Part shown: positions 8,467 through 17,109 of the stretch, piece by piece
Position numbering within the stretch: the stretch's first letter is position 1
Layout: the number at the start of each line of letters is the position of its first letter
NCBI GenBank assembly: GCA_016197005.1
Contig: JACPWO010000002.1
Span: forward strand, 146,178 to 210,177
DNA: 64,000 bases
DNA from: Candidatus Anderseniibacteriota bacterium
GTDB lineage: Bacteria > Patescibacteriota > Andersenbacteria > UBA10190
Direction: 5' to 3'
Notes under the pieces: model-generated
What the model saw: the letters and a program-made list of their open reading frames with translations, nothing else
Databases searched by the model: none
What the model was told of the DNA's origin: nothing
Made by a program: the position numbers and the translations under genes

Positions 8467-9546
8467 ATGCAAAAGCGAATTGTAGCTCACTTTGATATGG
8501 ATGCCTTCTTTGCCGCTATTGAAGAGCGGGATAATCCTCGTTTTCGCGGAATGCCCATTGTCGTGGGAGCAGATCCGCAACGTGGCAGTGGTCGTGGCGT
8601 AGTGTCTACTGCTAATTATGCTGCTCGGGCATTTGGTATTGGCTCGGCTATGCCCATAACGAGAGCTTGGAAGCTCGCTCAGCTGGCCCAGCAGCGAGGA
8701 GAGCCAGCCACTATTTTTCTGCCTGGTAGTTGGCGTCGGTACAACGAATCTTCAGATCGGATTATGGCTATCGTTAAAAAGTTAACTCCGATGATGCAAC
8801 AGCGAAGTGTGGATGAAGCCTATGCGGATATATCTCACGTAGGATCAACTGAAGCGGCAACTGCACTGGCGAGGAAGATTAAGGAAGAAATTGCTGCGAC
8901 GGAAAAATTAACGTGCTCAGTTGGTATTGGTCCGAATAAGTTAGTGGCAAAAATTGCATCAGATTTTGATAAACCGGATGGGTTTACGATCGTCGATGAA
9001 AGTGCGGTCGAGCAGTTTTTAGCACCGCTACCAGTTCGGGCAATTCCAGGAATTGGTCCTAAGACCGAAGAGCGGCTTAAAGAAATAGGCGTTGCAACAA
9101 TTAAAGATTTATACCGGCAATCGGAAAATGATCTTATCGAGAAGTTCGGGTCATGGGGAGAGGAGCTATATCGAAAAGCACGTGGACTTGATGATCGACC
9201 AGTGATGGAAGAGTACGTTCGAAAATCTATTGGGGAGCAGCAGACATTTCCTAAAGACGTATCTGATGCCGGGGTTGTTATTCAAACGATGAGTGAAGTT
9301 GTGCGCAGTGTTTTTTCTTTGCTTCAGGACAAAGGATATACAGGTGCTCGTACCGTTGTGATTACAGTTCGCTTTCATGATTTTGAAACCATTTCCTCAA
9401 TGCACACGGTAAAAGAAACAATGGTTGATTCCCTGACAGTAGAACGAGAAGCAATTCGTTTGCTGCTTCCGTTCTTAGACATGAGGCGGAATCCAAAGAA
9501 AAAGCCGCTTCGCTTGGTGGGCGTGCGGCTGGAAAAGCTGGAGTGA
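8467..9546 (+). CDS. dinB: DNA polymerase IV (Y-family)
   Basis: MQKRIVAHFDMDAFFAAIEERDNP...VVSTANYAARAFGI is the Y-family polymerase N-terminus. Start trimmed to ATG 8467. Confidence 0.85.
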   Translation: MQKRIVAHFDMDAFFAAIEERDNPRFRGMPIVVGADPQRGSGRGVVSTANYAARAFGIGSAMPITRAWKLAQLAQQRGEPATIFLPGSWRRYNESSDRIMAIVKKLTPMMQQRSVDEAYADISHVGSTEAATALARKIKEEIAATEKLTCSVGIGPNKLVAKIASDFDKPDGFTIVDESAVEQFLAPLPVRAIPGIGPKTEERLKEIGVATIKDLYRQSENDLIEKFGSWGEELYRKARGLDDRPVMEEYVRKSIGEQQTFPKDVSDAGVVIQTMSEVVRSVFSLLQDKGYTGARTVVITVRFHDFETISSMHTVKETMVDSLTVEREAIRLLLPFLDMRRNPKKKPLRLVGVRLEKLE

Positions 9547-9777
9547 TTACTGTTGTGGAAAATGAGCATCCGTTCTGGCTCGGGGAACAGTCCAAGGAAT
9601 AGACTTCCAGCCACAGCGTCGTTTTCGTTCGTATTCACTCCATCCTTTTTGAATCTGTAGGCAAGCAGCTTGAATTTCTTTAGGGCTGGGAATATATGAT
9701 CCCCTTGAGGCCTTTAGAGCTTCTTCGTGTGTTTCGCCGTCGCTATAGATTTGACAAGGCATAAGAACTCCTGCCAA
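9547..9777 (-). CDS. hypothetical small protein
   Basis: 76-aa ORF convergent with dinB. No motif recognised. May be spurious. Confidence 0.25.
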   Translation of the reverse strand: MAGVLMPCQIYSDGETHEEALKASRGSYIPSPKEIQAACLQIQKGWSEYERKRRCGWKSIPWTVPRARTDAHFPQQ

Positions 9778-9851
9778 AAGAGAACAATGAGACCCTTTTA
9801 GCCAGGATCACCAGGCATTCGCACCGTATGATTTTTTCTTGTACATGACAA

Positions 9852-11000
9852 GTGAATTCTTTCTTGAGGTATATTAATGAAATGAGTAACAGAGCAAAGG
9901 AGTACATAACTGAACTTCTAAAGGGAGTAGATATTGAGGTGGGAGGCAGTAGGCCCTGGGATATACAAGTACATGATGAGCGCCTTTACACAACCATCTT
10001 GCGACGTGGATCTCTGGGTGTAGGCGAATCGTACATGGATACATGGTGGGATGTAATTGCTCTCGATGAATTTTTCTTTCGTGTTCTGCGAGCTGGTCTG
10101 GAGGAGCGAGTTACATTTAATCCTTTCCTGGCAGCTTTGTTTATTACCAGCTTCTTAGTGAACAGGCAGCGTCAATCCAAAGCATATGAAGTAGGAGAAA
10201 AACATTATGACATTGGTAATGACGTATATACCGGCATGTTGGATAAACGACTTACATATACCTGTGGATACTGGAAACAAGCACATACTTTAGAAGAAGC
10301 ACAGGAAGCAAAACTGGATCTGGTATGTCGGAAAATAGGGCTAGAGAAGGGGATGACGGTGTTAGATATTGGTTGTGGGTGGGGAAGTTTTGCTGCCTTT
10401 GCGGCAGAGAAGTACGGCGCAAAAGTAGTAGGCGTCACTGTATCTAAAGAACAGGCTGCACTTGGTCAAAAAAGAGTTGCTGGATTACCAGTGGATATTC
10501 GTCTTGAAGATTATCGGGAAACGGAAGGATCATTTGATCGCATTGTTTCCTTAGGCATGTTTGAGCACGTGGGATATAAAAACTATCGGACGTATGTGCA
10601 AAAGGCACACTCACTTTTGAAACCAGAGGGTCTCTTCTTGCTTCATTCAATTGGTAACAATAAATCAGTTACAGCGACTGATCCGTGGATAGATAAATAT
10701 ATTTTTCCGAATGGGATGCTTCCTTCTGTTAAACAAATTGGAAAAGCAATTGAGGGGCTGTTTGTTATGGAAGACTGGCACAATTTTGGAGCGGACTATG
10801 ATAAAACACTGATGGCGTGGTTTCATAATTTTAATGTTGCCTGGCCGAATCTTAAGAACGGTTATAGTGATACGTTTTACCGAATGTGGAAATATTATCT
10901 TTTGTCGACTGCGGGAGCATTTCGCGCACGGAAGGTTCAACTGTGGCAGATTGTATTGTCCCCGGAGGGAGTACGCGGAGGATATACTTCAGTGAGATAA
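9852..11000 (+). CDS. cfa: cyclopropane-fatty-acyl-phospholipid synthase
   Basis: LDIGCGWGSFA SAM-binding motif. IVSLGMFEHVG. C-terminal MEDWHNFGADYDKTLMAW...GAFRARKVQLWQIV closely tracks proteobacterial Cfa from memory. Start is either GTG 9852 or ATG 9882. Confidence 0.9.
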   Translation: MNSFLRYINEMSNRAKEYITELLKGVDIEVGGSRPWDIQVHDERLYTTILRRGSLGVGESYMDTWWDVIALDEFFFRVLRAGLEERVTFNPFLAALFITSFLVNRQRQSKAYEVGEKHYDIGNDVYTGMLDKRLTYTCGYWKQAHTLEEAQEAKLDLVCRKIGLEKGMTVLDIGCGWGSFAAFAAEKYGAKVVGVTVSKEQAALGQKRVAGLPVDIRLEDYRETEGSFDRIVSLGMFEHVGYKNYRTYVQKAHSLLKPEGLFLLHSIGNNKSVTATDPWIDKYIFPNGMLPSVKQIGKAIEGLFVMEDWHNFGADYDKTLMAWFHNFNVAWPNLKNGYSDTFYRMWKYYLLSTAGAFRARKVQLWQIVLSPEGVRGGYTSVR

Positions 11001-11041
11001 AAAAACCACTTGAGCGAAGTCGCGCAAGTGGTACGAACGTA

Positions 11042-11718
11042 TCACGTGGTGTCCGGCTTTGATGAATGATCTTCGCGGAACTCGATCGTTATTGGGAACT
11101 TCGGTTGGGCACAAAGACGGATCAAAAGTTCGCCGAGCGCTTCTGGAGCCGAATTGCCAAACCCGGTTCCTTCAAATTCAGCTATCTCGGCCGAGAAGCG
11201 ACCGTTTTCGCCGGACTTGGGGCCTGTTAGGATGATGTTCCATTTGTTCGATCGACGATCCGGTGTGGTTGCCTGAATCATTATGCCTCCACTGGCTGAG
11301 GGGAGGGGATAATGCGTACGCGGTAGCGATTGATACCGAATGTTGGTACGCACAATCCCGCGCCCCATTGACTGCAAAGCAAATCGTCTCCTTTGACAAC
11401 TTGTCCGATGACAACAGGATCTTTTGGTTGCTCTGAAGCAAAAACAAACTGCGTTCCAACAAAGGATTCCTGCAGAAAATCTTCAGGCAAGTCCTCTCGC
11501 CTAGGGAAAGCGGAGAATTCAGCGGATGTTACGAGGGTGAGCGGATATCTTTTAATGATTTCCAGTCGTTTTTCTTCTTTCCTTTGTTTTTCTCTTGCCC
11601 GGTGGCTTTCAGCTCGTTCTCGATTGCGGCGCTGAATTTTGCGCACCACCTTTCTGATGTTAACAGCCATTGCCCCAACGAATATCATTGCCAACAGTGT
11701 GACTAACCATGGGTTCAT
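11042..11718 (-). pseudogene. membrane-anchored protein split into two overlapping frames (possible frameshift or authentic overlap)
   Basis: ORF 11281..11718 (N-terminal TM plus KR/E-rich helix) and ORF 11042..11377 overlap by 97 nt in different frames on the same strand. Together they span one intergenic-free block. Confidence 0.3.
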
Positions 11719-11801
11719 GGCATCTCCTGCTAGAAGTGTTAATTGGAACGAACAGACGTGAGATAGTAATAGGACAAAATCAATTGAATGTCAATGCGTG
11801 T

Positions 11802-11842
11802 CAAAAAAACCACCACGCTGAGAATATCTCAACAAGGTGGTT
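11802..11842 (-). terminator. rho-independent terminator (minus strand)
   Basis: On the minus strand, AACCACC...GGTGGTT hairpin followed by TTTTTTTG. Lies downstream of obg and the small ORF 11855..12073. Confidence 0.5.
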
Positions 11843-11854
11843 ATGAACGAGCGT

Positions 11855-12073
11855 TCATGATGCATCAGTATTGACACGTGACCGAACGAGAAAAATATCA
11901 TGCTCGGTAAAGCTTGTACCGTGAGACAGTAAAAGGGTAGTACGCTTTTTCTCCTTGTTATCCTTCACATAGAGCTTGTTGCGAAGAAAAGGAACTAGTA
12001 GACGTTGACCCACTTCTTGTCTCATGTCTTCCCAAATGGAACCCAATACAATGAGGTCAAAGTCCCTAAGCAA
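11855..12073 (-). CDS. hypothetical small protein downstream of obg
   Basis: 72-aa ORF between obg stop and the terminator. No motif recognised. Confidence 0.2.
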   Translation of the reverse strand: MLRDFDLIVLGSIWEDMRQEVGQRLLVPFLRNKLYVKDNKEKKRTTLLLSHGTSFTEHDIFLVRSRVNTDAS

Positions 12074-12109
12074 CTGTTTACGTTCGCTTAGTTGATATGA
12101 GGTTGTCTT

Positions 12110-13087
12110 TTACGTATCCTGAATTCCTTCCTCGTCTTTTAATGTGTTTAGCAGCTTTTTCAATGTTGTTAAGGCAGTGTCGTCGATGATGGAAACAGGT
12201 ATAACATTCGGATTTATTTTTCGTAATTCTTCCAATTTTTGTTTTACATCATCTGGTTTCGTCATATCAGCATGAGAAAGTAATATATATTCCTTCTTTT
12301 GTAGTAACGCTGGGTTAAATTTCTCCAGTTCAGCACGAATTGTATTGTAATCACGCACAACATCTTCGGACTCAACCGAGACCAAATGAAACAATGTTTT
12401 CGTTCGTTCAATATGTTTTAAAAATCGAACGCCCAATCCTTTTCCGGTAGCAGCTCCTTCAATAATTCCCGGTATATCAGCAATGATGAGTCCGTAATAC
12501 GATCCGAGGTTCGGTTCTAAGGTGGTAAACGGATAATTGCCCACTTTAGAGCGAGCGGCAGTTAATTCGTTCAATAAGCTTGATTTGCCAGCATTGGGTA
12601 ATCCCACCAGCCCGACACTCGCAATAAGACGCAACTCCAAACGAAGTGTCACTTCCTCTCCCGCCTTTCCTTCCTCAAACTGTTTCGGTGACGTATTTAC
12701 CGCCGACCGAAATTTATAGTTACCGCGGCCGCCGCGGCCTCCGGCTGCTATCAGCAGTCGCTCACCAACTTTTGTAATCTCACGAATCTCACCGGTTTCC
12801 ACCGTTATTACCCGGGTACTATTTGGCACGGGCACTATTAAGTCTTCCCCACCATGTCCGTCGGTCAGCTGTCCTAGACCATGATCACCATCAAGGGCTC
12901 GGATTGCTTTACGACTGGCAAGCGGGGTAAGAGCATTAATATCAGCTACTCCCTCGAGATAAATAGATGCACCCCGACCTCCAGAGCCTCCTCGCGGGCC
13001 GAGCGTCATCTTTGTCTTACTAAACTCGACAGCACCCCGACCCCCAGAGCCGGCTTTAAAATGCACTGTTACCTCATCTATTAACAT
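12110..13087 (-). CDS. obg: GTPase Obg
   Basis: Gly-rich Obg fold (GGRGGRGN) then G-domain GLVGLPNAGKSSLLN...NYPFTTL...DIPGIIEGA. Confidence 0.9.
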   Translation of the reverse strand: MLIDEVTVHFKAGSGGRGAVEFSKTKMTLGPRGGSGGRGASIYLEGVADINALTPLASRKAIRALDGDHGLGQLTDGHGGEDLIVPVPNSTRVITVETGEIREITKVGERLLIAAGGRGGRGNYKFRSAVNTSPKQFEEGKAGEEVTLRLELRLIASVGLVGLPNAGKSSLLNELTAARSKVGNYPFTTLEPNLGSYYGLIIADIPGIIEGAATGKGLGVRFLKHIERTKTLFHLVSVESEDVVRDYNTIRAELEKFNPALLQKKEYILLSHADMTKPDDVKQKLEELRKINPNVIPVSIIDDTALTTLKKLLNTLKDEEGIQDT

Positions 13088-13149
13088 GTGCCCATCCTAG
13101 CACAACTCGGGTATGAGAATGGTTGAATACGAAAACCTGTCCTAGCCAG

Positions 13150-13404
13150 TTATACTATCTCGCCCTGTATGAGTTTTTCCTTTTTTGCCCGTTTCCAACT
13201 CTTTACTTCAATTTCTGTTTTTCGCGCTACTGACTGATTTGGAAGTTCCGGAGATGTATACACCAATGTAAATGGTCCTTGATTAACGGCCATTCGAGAC
13301 CCTTTTCCAGTATTGTGATCTCGTATCCGTCTTTCTGGTTCCGTAGTTATTCCAACGTAATATCTACCAGTACGAGCTTGCGCGATGTAGAGATACCAGG
13401 GCAT
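13150..13404 (-). CDS. GIY-YIG nuclease-superfamily small protein (UPF0213-like)
   Basis: MPWYLYIAQARTGRYYVGITTEPERRIRDHNTGKG matches the GIY-YIG core. Confidence 0.7.
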   Translation of the reverse strand: MPWYLYIAQARTGRYYVGITTEPERRIRDHNTGKGSRMAVNQGPFTLVYTSPELPNQSVARKTEIEVKSWKRAKKEKLIQGEIV

Positions 13405-13482
13405 GGAGATAATTGTAGTCCTTCGACGAAGAAGAGTTTACCCTGCGTGGCGATGCGTTTTTTAAGAGATCGCTCTTGGCGA

Positions 13483-13809
13483 CTACTCTAATCCAAACTT
13501 CTGTCTTAATTTCAGGTCTTCTTCTTCAAGTTCTTCCTTGGTTTTTTGTATGCCATGTTCTGTTCTAAACCTCGCCATCTCATCTTTAATTTTTTGATAC
13601 TCTTGTTCACGTATTATCTGCGTGTGGTTTTCAGAGTTGTTCACACGAGAAATACGCTGGTCGGCGCTCGTATCTTTTGCTGCTTGCTTGGCTATTCTCT
13701 TTTCTATCCGCGACCAGTCAGTACTACCTGTTGATTTTTCTGGTTTTTGGCTATCAGAAGGTGTGTCGTTTTCTTCGGGAGTAATCTTTGGTTCCGATTC
13801 AATACCCAT
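13483..13809 (-). CDS. hypothetical charged protein
   Basis: Low-G+C ORF rich in K/E/Q. Start trimmed to MGIESEPK. Confidence 0.35.
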   Translation of the reverse strand: MGIESEPKITPEENDTPSDSQKPEKSTGSTDWSRIEKRIAKQAAKDTSADQRISRVNNSENHTQIIREQEYQKIKDEMARFRTEHGIQKTKEELEEEDLKLRQKFGLE

Positions 13810-13876
13810 GTAAAAAGTGTAATCCATCAAAAGGGGTGAAACTAGTCGCTTAGTTAGCACCAAGCAACTTTATAGT

Positions 13877-13891
13877 GTGGACACGGCGGGA
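13877..13891. repeat. direct repeat GTGGACACGGCGGGA, copy of the ssrA 3' terminus (distal attachment-site-like)
   Basis: 15/15 identity with 15230..15244, which is the 3' end of the tmRNA gene. Confidence 0.7.
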
Positions 13892-14050
13892 TCAAATGCA
13901 AACACCGCAAGTAGTACTTATGAGATAATAGGTGACTTGTTAGTAAGGGTAAGAGAAGCGCTGGAAATATTGCAGATGACATGGATTAGTAAAGAAAAAG
14001 AACCCTTGATGTAATCGCGGGTTCTGCTTGCACCGGCTGAGAAGAGGGAA

Positions 14051-14452
14051 TTACTCCTCCTGCTGTAGAATCCAGTGATAGTCGTTATCGAGCAACGTGT
14101 CGTGGTCACTTGTGAACTCGCCGCCGACTTCCGCGCGAATCTCTTGCAGTCGCTTCATTGCCGCCTTCGCGTCCTTCTTCGAGAATGTTGAGGTTTTCAG
14201 AATGTCACCCACACCCAATCCTGACCTTTTCCGCTTCAGCATCCCGAGGATTATCAAGCGACACCCTCGGTATTCCAACCGCAGCTCCATCAGTCGTTGC
14301 CCTTCCGAGGTTTCTTTGGCCCACTGCAGAAGAGCTTTTTGAAACGTCAGCCGGTTCCGCTCGAAGATTTTATCCAGCCAATCGTGTTCGTAGTCGGAAG
14401 AGAGTACTGCCTCAGCGTTAACCTCAACAGTGATAGTCATATCGAACTTCAT
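14051..14452 (-). CDS. hypothetical protein in G+C-rich insert B
   Basis: High G+C with G/C-rich third positions, unlike the flanks. Start trimmed to MKFDMTI. Confidence 0.4.
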   Translation of the reverse strand: MKFDMTITVEVNAEAVLSSDYEHDWLDKIFERNRLTFQKALLQWAKETSEGQRLMELRLEYRGCRLIILGMLKRKRSGLGVGDILKTSTFSKKDAKAAMKRLQEIRAEVGGEFTSDHDTLLDNDYHWILQQEE

Positions 14453-14574
14453 TGGAGAACCCTTTTGTAGAGTGGTTTGCCTCTTGCCTAACACACGTTA
14501 AGCCGTAGGTTTGTTGCTGGAAAGAACCATCCTTAACGAATAATAAAACTCTTAAATTTAAATTGTGTCAAGTG

Positions 14575-14588
14575 GTGGACATGACGGG
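14575..14588. repeat. degenerate copy of the ssrA 3'-end repeat (GTGGACATGACGGG)
   Basis: 12/14 match to GTGGACACGGCGGG. Sits between the two G+C-rich ORFs and is preceded by TGTCAA, as is the copy at 15230. Confidence 0.5.
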
Positions 14589-14718
14589 CGTATCTTCAGA
14601 ACCATTCTTGATAAAATATTGCAATGGCATGAATTTTTGGTAAAGAAAACCCAGCTAGCCGAAGCTAAACTGGGGTAATGATGGTGGTCAGTTTCCACCG
14701 GGTTATTTAAGCAGTGAC

Positions 14719-15141
14719 CTACTCGCTTTTAGCGAGTTGCGTTTCCAAGCGGGCGATCTCGATTTCGAGTTGTTCGGGGCTCATGTCCTGAAGTCGGTCG
14801 AACATCGCGATTTCGAATGGATCATCGGGATTCACGCAGTTCTCACGGTAGTGTTCACGGCGTTTATCCTCGGCGACTTCCGCGGCGGTGAGACCAGAAG
14901 CGATCAACGTCTCGTTCTCGTCGCAGCCGACACTTTGCTCGCCAGTGAGATTCCAGTAAAGGTCCCACTGACCGAGTTTCCCTGGACGAAGTTGTCCGAA
15001 CTCGTAGCCGACGTTTTCCTTCGTCGTGTAGACGTTGAACCAATACAGCGTCTCTGCAGACAAATGACCTTCGATTGCTCGGCGTTGAGTCATCCAGAAT
15101 CTAAAGAACTGCTCCCTCTCCTCTACGGTTATTTCTTTCAT
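14719..15141 (-). CDS. hypothetical protein in G+C-rich insert A
   Basis: High-G+C ORF. The ORF-track N-terminal extension to 15276 overlaps the tmRNA 3' end, so start trimmed to ATG 15141 (MKEITVEE). Confidence 0.4.
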   Translation of the reverse strand: MKEITVEEREQFFRFWMTQRRAIEGHLSAETLYWFNVYTTKENVGYEFGQLRPGKLGQWDLYWNLTGEQSVGCDENETLIASGLTAAEVAEDKRREHYRENCVNPDDPFEIAMFDRLQDMSPEQLEIEIARLETQLAKSE

Positions 15142-15227
15142 GGCGGAGATCCTAGAACTGAAATGGGTGGAGTGTGAGAGTAAAGAACGTGCCGTTATAT
15201 TAGCACGTAAATTATTATTTGTCAAAT

Positions 15228-15626
15228 TGGTGGACACGGCGGGAATTGAACCCGCGTCTGAAACGCGATTACTCAATCTTCTACGCGCGTAGCTGTTCTA
15301 GTGATACTCACCGCAAAGCAGCAGAACAGCAAAGCCTTTGTTGTGAGTGAGATAGTGCAAGTCAACTAATACGTATCTCAGCCGTATCAGTTCAATCCGT
15401 CTAGGTTGACACCGTGATAGTGCGCGACGGATCGCACCAGACGATGGCTATAGGTTTTAAGCTACAGCGAACGCGAACGAAGGGGTGAGTGCAGATGCAA
15501 TCGCCGTCTTCGCGCGGTTAAACAAGTTTGCACGTGACTTGATGAGCTACTGGTATTTACGAGTGTATAACTCTTCACTCGGCGCGCTGATTGTGTAAAA
15601 AACATTCCATCGAAGCCTGTCATGCC
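15228..15626 (-). ncRNA. ssrA: tmRNA (transfer-messenger RNA)
   Basis: The 3' end reads GCGGGTTCAATTCCCGCCGTGTCCACCA, a tRNA-like T-arm plus acceptor and CCA. The 5' end GGGCATGACAGGCTTCGATGG resembles the conserved tmRNA 5' end and can pair with the 3' acceptor strand. An internal in-frame tag reading ends ...PSFAFAVA followed by TAA. Lies adjacent to smpB. Confidence 0.8.
15230..15244. repeat. direct repeat GTGGACACGGCGGGA at the tmRNA 3' terminus (proximal attachment-site-like)
   Basis: Identical to 13877..13891. Confidence 0.7.
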
Positions 15627-15677
15627 CAGTACCTATTTGAATTGCTTCCAATAGTTGTGGGGCAGCCCACACTTCTT

Positions 15678-16136
15678 TTAAAGATCTCGTCCGGCGAGAA
15701 GTCGCTGCGTTTCTCGGTCAAGATCTTTCTCTTTCTTTTGCTGCTTCTTTTCATACTTACGTTTCCCGCGAGCGAGTCCTACCGCAAGCTTTATTCGACC
15801 ACGCTTAGTATAGACACGAAGTGGTATAATTGTCAATCCTTGGGAGGATTTAGATCCAATCAAACTTTTAAGTTCTGATTTTTTAATGAGGAGGCGACGG
15901 GGACGAGAAGGGTCATACGTAGCCGGGGCATTGGCAATTTGCCATGGAGGAATAACCGCATTGGTGAGCCATGCTTGTTCATCATGAATAGTGACAAAAG
16001 CCCCTTTTAGACTGATATTCCCGCTTTTTACTGACTTTACTTCAGTGCCGAGCAATTCTAACCCAGCCTCGAGGCTTTCGAGGACTTCGTAGTCAAATCG
16101 GGCTCGTTTATTAATTGCTAAGCTCTTTTGGGGCAT
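15678..16136 (-). CDS. smpB: SsrA-binding protein SmpB
   Basis: MPQKSLAINKRARFDYEVLESLEAGLELLGTEVKSVKSGNISL...PSRPRRLLIKKSEL is an SmpB signature. Start trimmed to ATG 16136. Confidence 0.85.
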   Translation of the reverse strand: MPQKSLAINKRARFDYEVLESLEAGLELLGTEVKSVKSGNISLKGAFVTIHDEQAWLTNAVIPPWQIANAPATYDPSRPRRLLIKKSELKSLIGSKSSQGLTIIPLRVYTKRGRIKLAVGLARGKRKYEKKQQKKEKDLDRETQRLLAGRDL

Positions 16137-16215
16137 ATATAGGGCTAGTATGCCTGTTTTTAGGCCTTTCTGGAATCTATGTTGACAAATAATCATATTA
16201 GTGATATCTTAGGGT

Positions 16216-17034
16216 TTGCCAATGGTTGGCATTACCGCTGTTTCTGAATGTTCTTTTGGAAAAGCGGTCTCCATTACTGAACGTGCAAACAAGGCACAGG
16301 AGATTTCGATGCGTAACATGTCTCAAGTGCGTATGGCCTGTCGGGCACTTACGGAGTTTGATGCCCGCTGCCGCAACTATGTGAATGGCTGCGGGAAATG
16401 CTCGGGGCACGAGGGAAAGCCCGATGTGGGTATCGCCCCGCTTCTGCTGCTGACGTTCTCGCTCAGTGGCAAAAAGCTCCGAGCATTCAAGGACCAGCCC
16501 GATCTCCGTGTCTGGAATCGGGACCTTGAAAAGAAACTCAGCGTCCGCCAGCGCCACATCGACGAAGCGGAACGCCTCGGAAGAAAAGCTGAGGGCGTCT
16601 ACGGCCAAGGTCGAGTCGACAGTGGGGTACTTGTCTTCAAGGACATGCAAACGGATCCCACGGTCCAAGTCGTCACCGTTGATCATCTGTGGCGCTCAGA
16701 ACTCGAGGAGGCGGGTTACCGACTCATCGATGTTCATGTCGAAGAAGACGAGAAACAACCGAAAGGCCGGTTGGTCATCCGCTATCTCGACCCGGAGCAG
16801 GTGGAGTTCTCTCCTGAGATCGGTCAGGAAATCTCCCACACAACCCGTGGGATGATTGATGACCTCCTCCAGGCTTCGTTCAAATACGCCTGGATCTACT
16901 CGAACCACCCCAACCGGTCCGGCTTGAGAAACGATACGCTGAACATGCGGGAGCGTCTGACCGACGGCGTCCCGAGTGGTCTCCCGTCTCCGGCCCGTCT
17001 CGTCGTTGATGGAGGTTGCTGGAACTTGGAATAG
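16216..17034 (+). CDS. hypothetical protein on a G+C-rich foreign-looking segment (N-terminal Cys cluster CRNYVNGCGKCSGH)
   Basis: Roughly 0.85-kb segment with visibly higher G+C and G/C-rich codon third positions in this frame. Has its own terminator at 17068..17109. The antisense ORF 16198..16686 has junk-like composition. Start uncertain (16216, 16312 or 16321). Confidence 0.45.
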   Translation: MPMVGITAVSECSFGKAVSITERANKAQEISMRNMSQVRMACRALTEFDARCRNYVNGCGKCSGHEGKPDVGIAPLLLLTFSLSGKKLRAFKDQPDLRVWNRDLEKKLSVRQRHIDEAERLGRKAEGVYGQGRVDSGVLVFKDMQTDPTVQVVTVDHLWRSELEEAGYRLIDVHVEEDEKQPKGRLVIRYLDPEQVEFSPEIGQEISHTTRGMIDDLLQASFKYAWIYSNHPNRSGLRNDTLNMRERLTDGVPSGLPSPARLVVDGGCWNLE

Positions 17035-17067
17035 GAAGTCATCGTGACCCCCCTGCCGAGTTCAACA

Positions 17068-17109
17068 CCCCGCGCTTACCTTCTTGGTGAGTGCGGGTTT
17101 TCTTTTTTT
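17068..17109 (+). terminator. rho-independent terminator
   Basis: CCCGCGC...GTGCGGG hairpin followed by TTTTCTTTTTTT. Confidence 0.55.

Noticed and set aside
15142-15276. N-terminal extension of ORF 14719..15276
   Set aside because: The extension runs through the tmRNA 3' end and the att-like repeat. Trimmed to ATG 15141.
16198-16686. 162-aa minus-strand ORF overlapping the G+C-rich + ORF
   Set aside because: Arg/His-rich junk-like translation typical of an antisense frame in high-G+C DNA. The + frame has the G/C-biased third positions and a downstream terminator.
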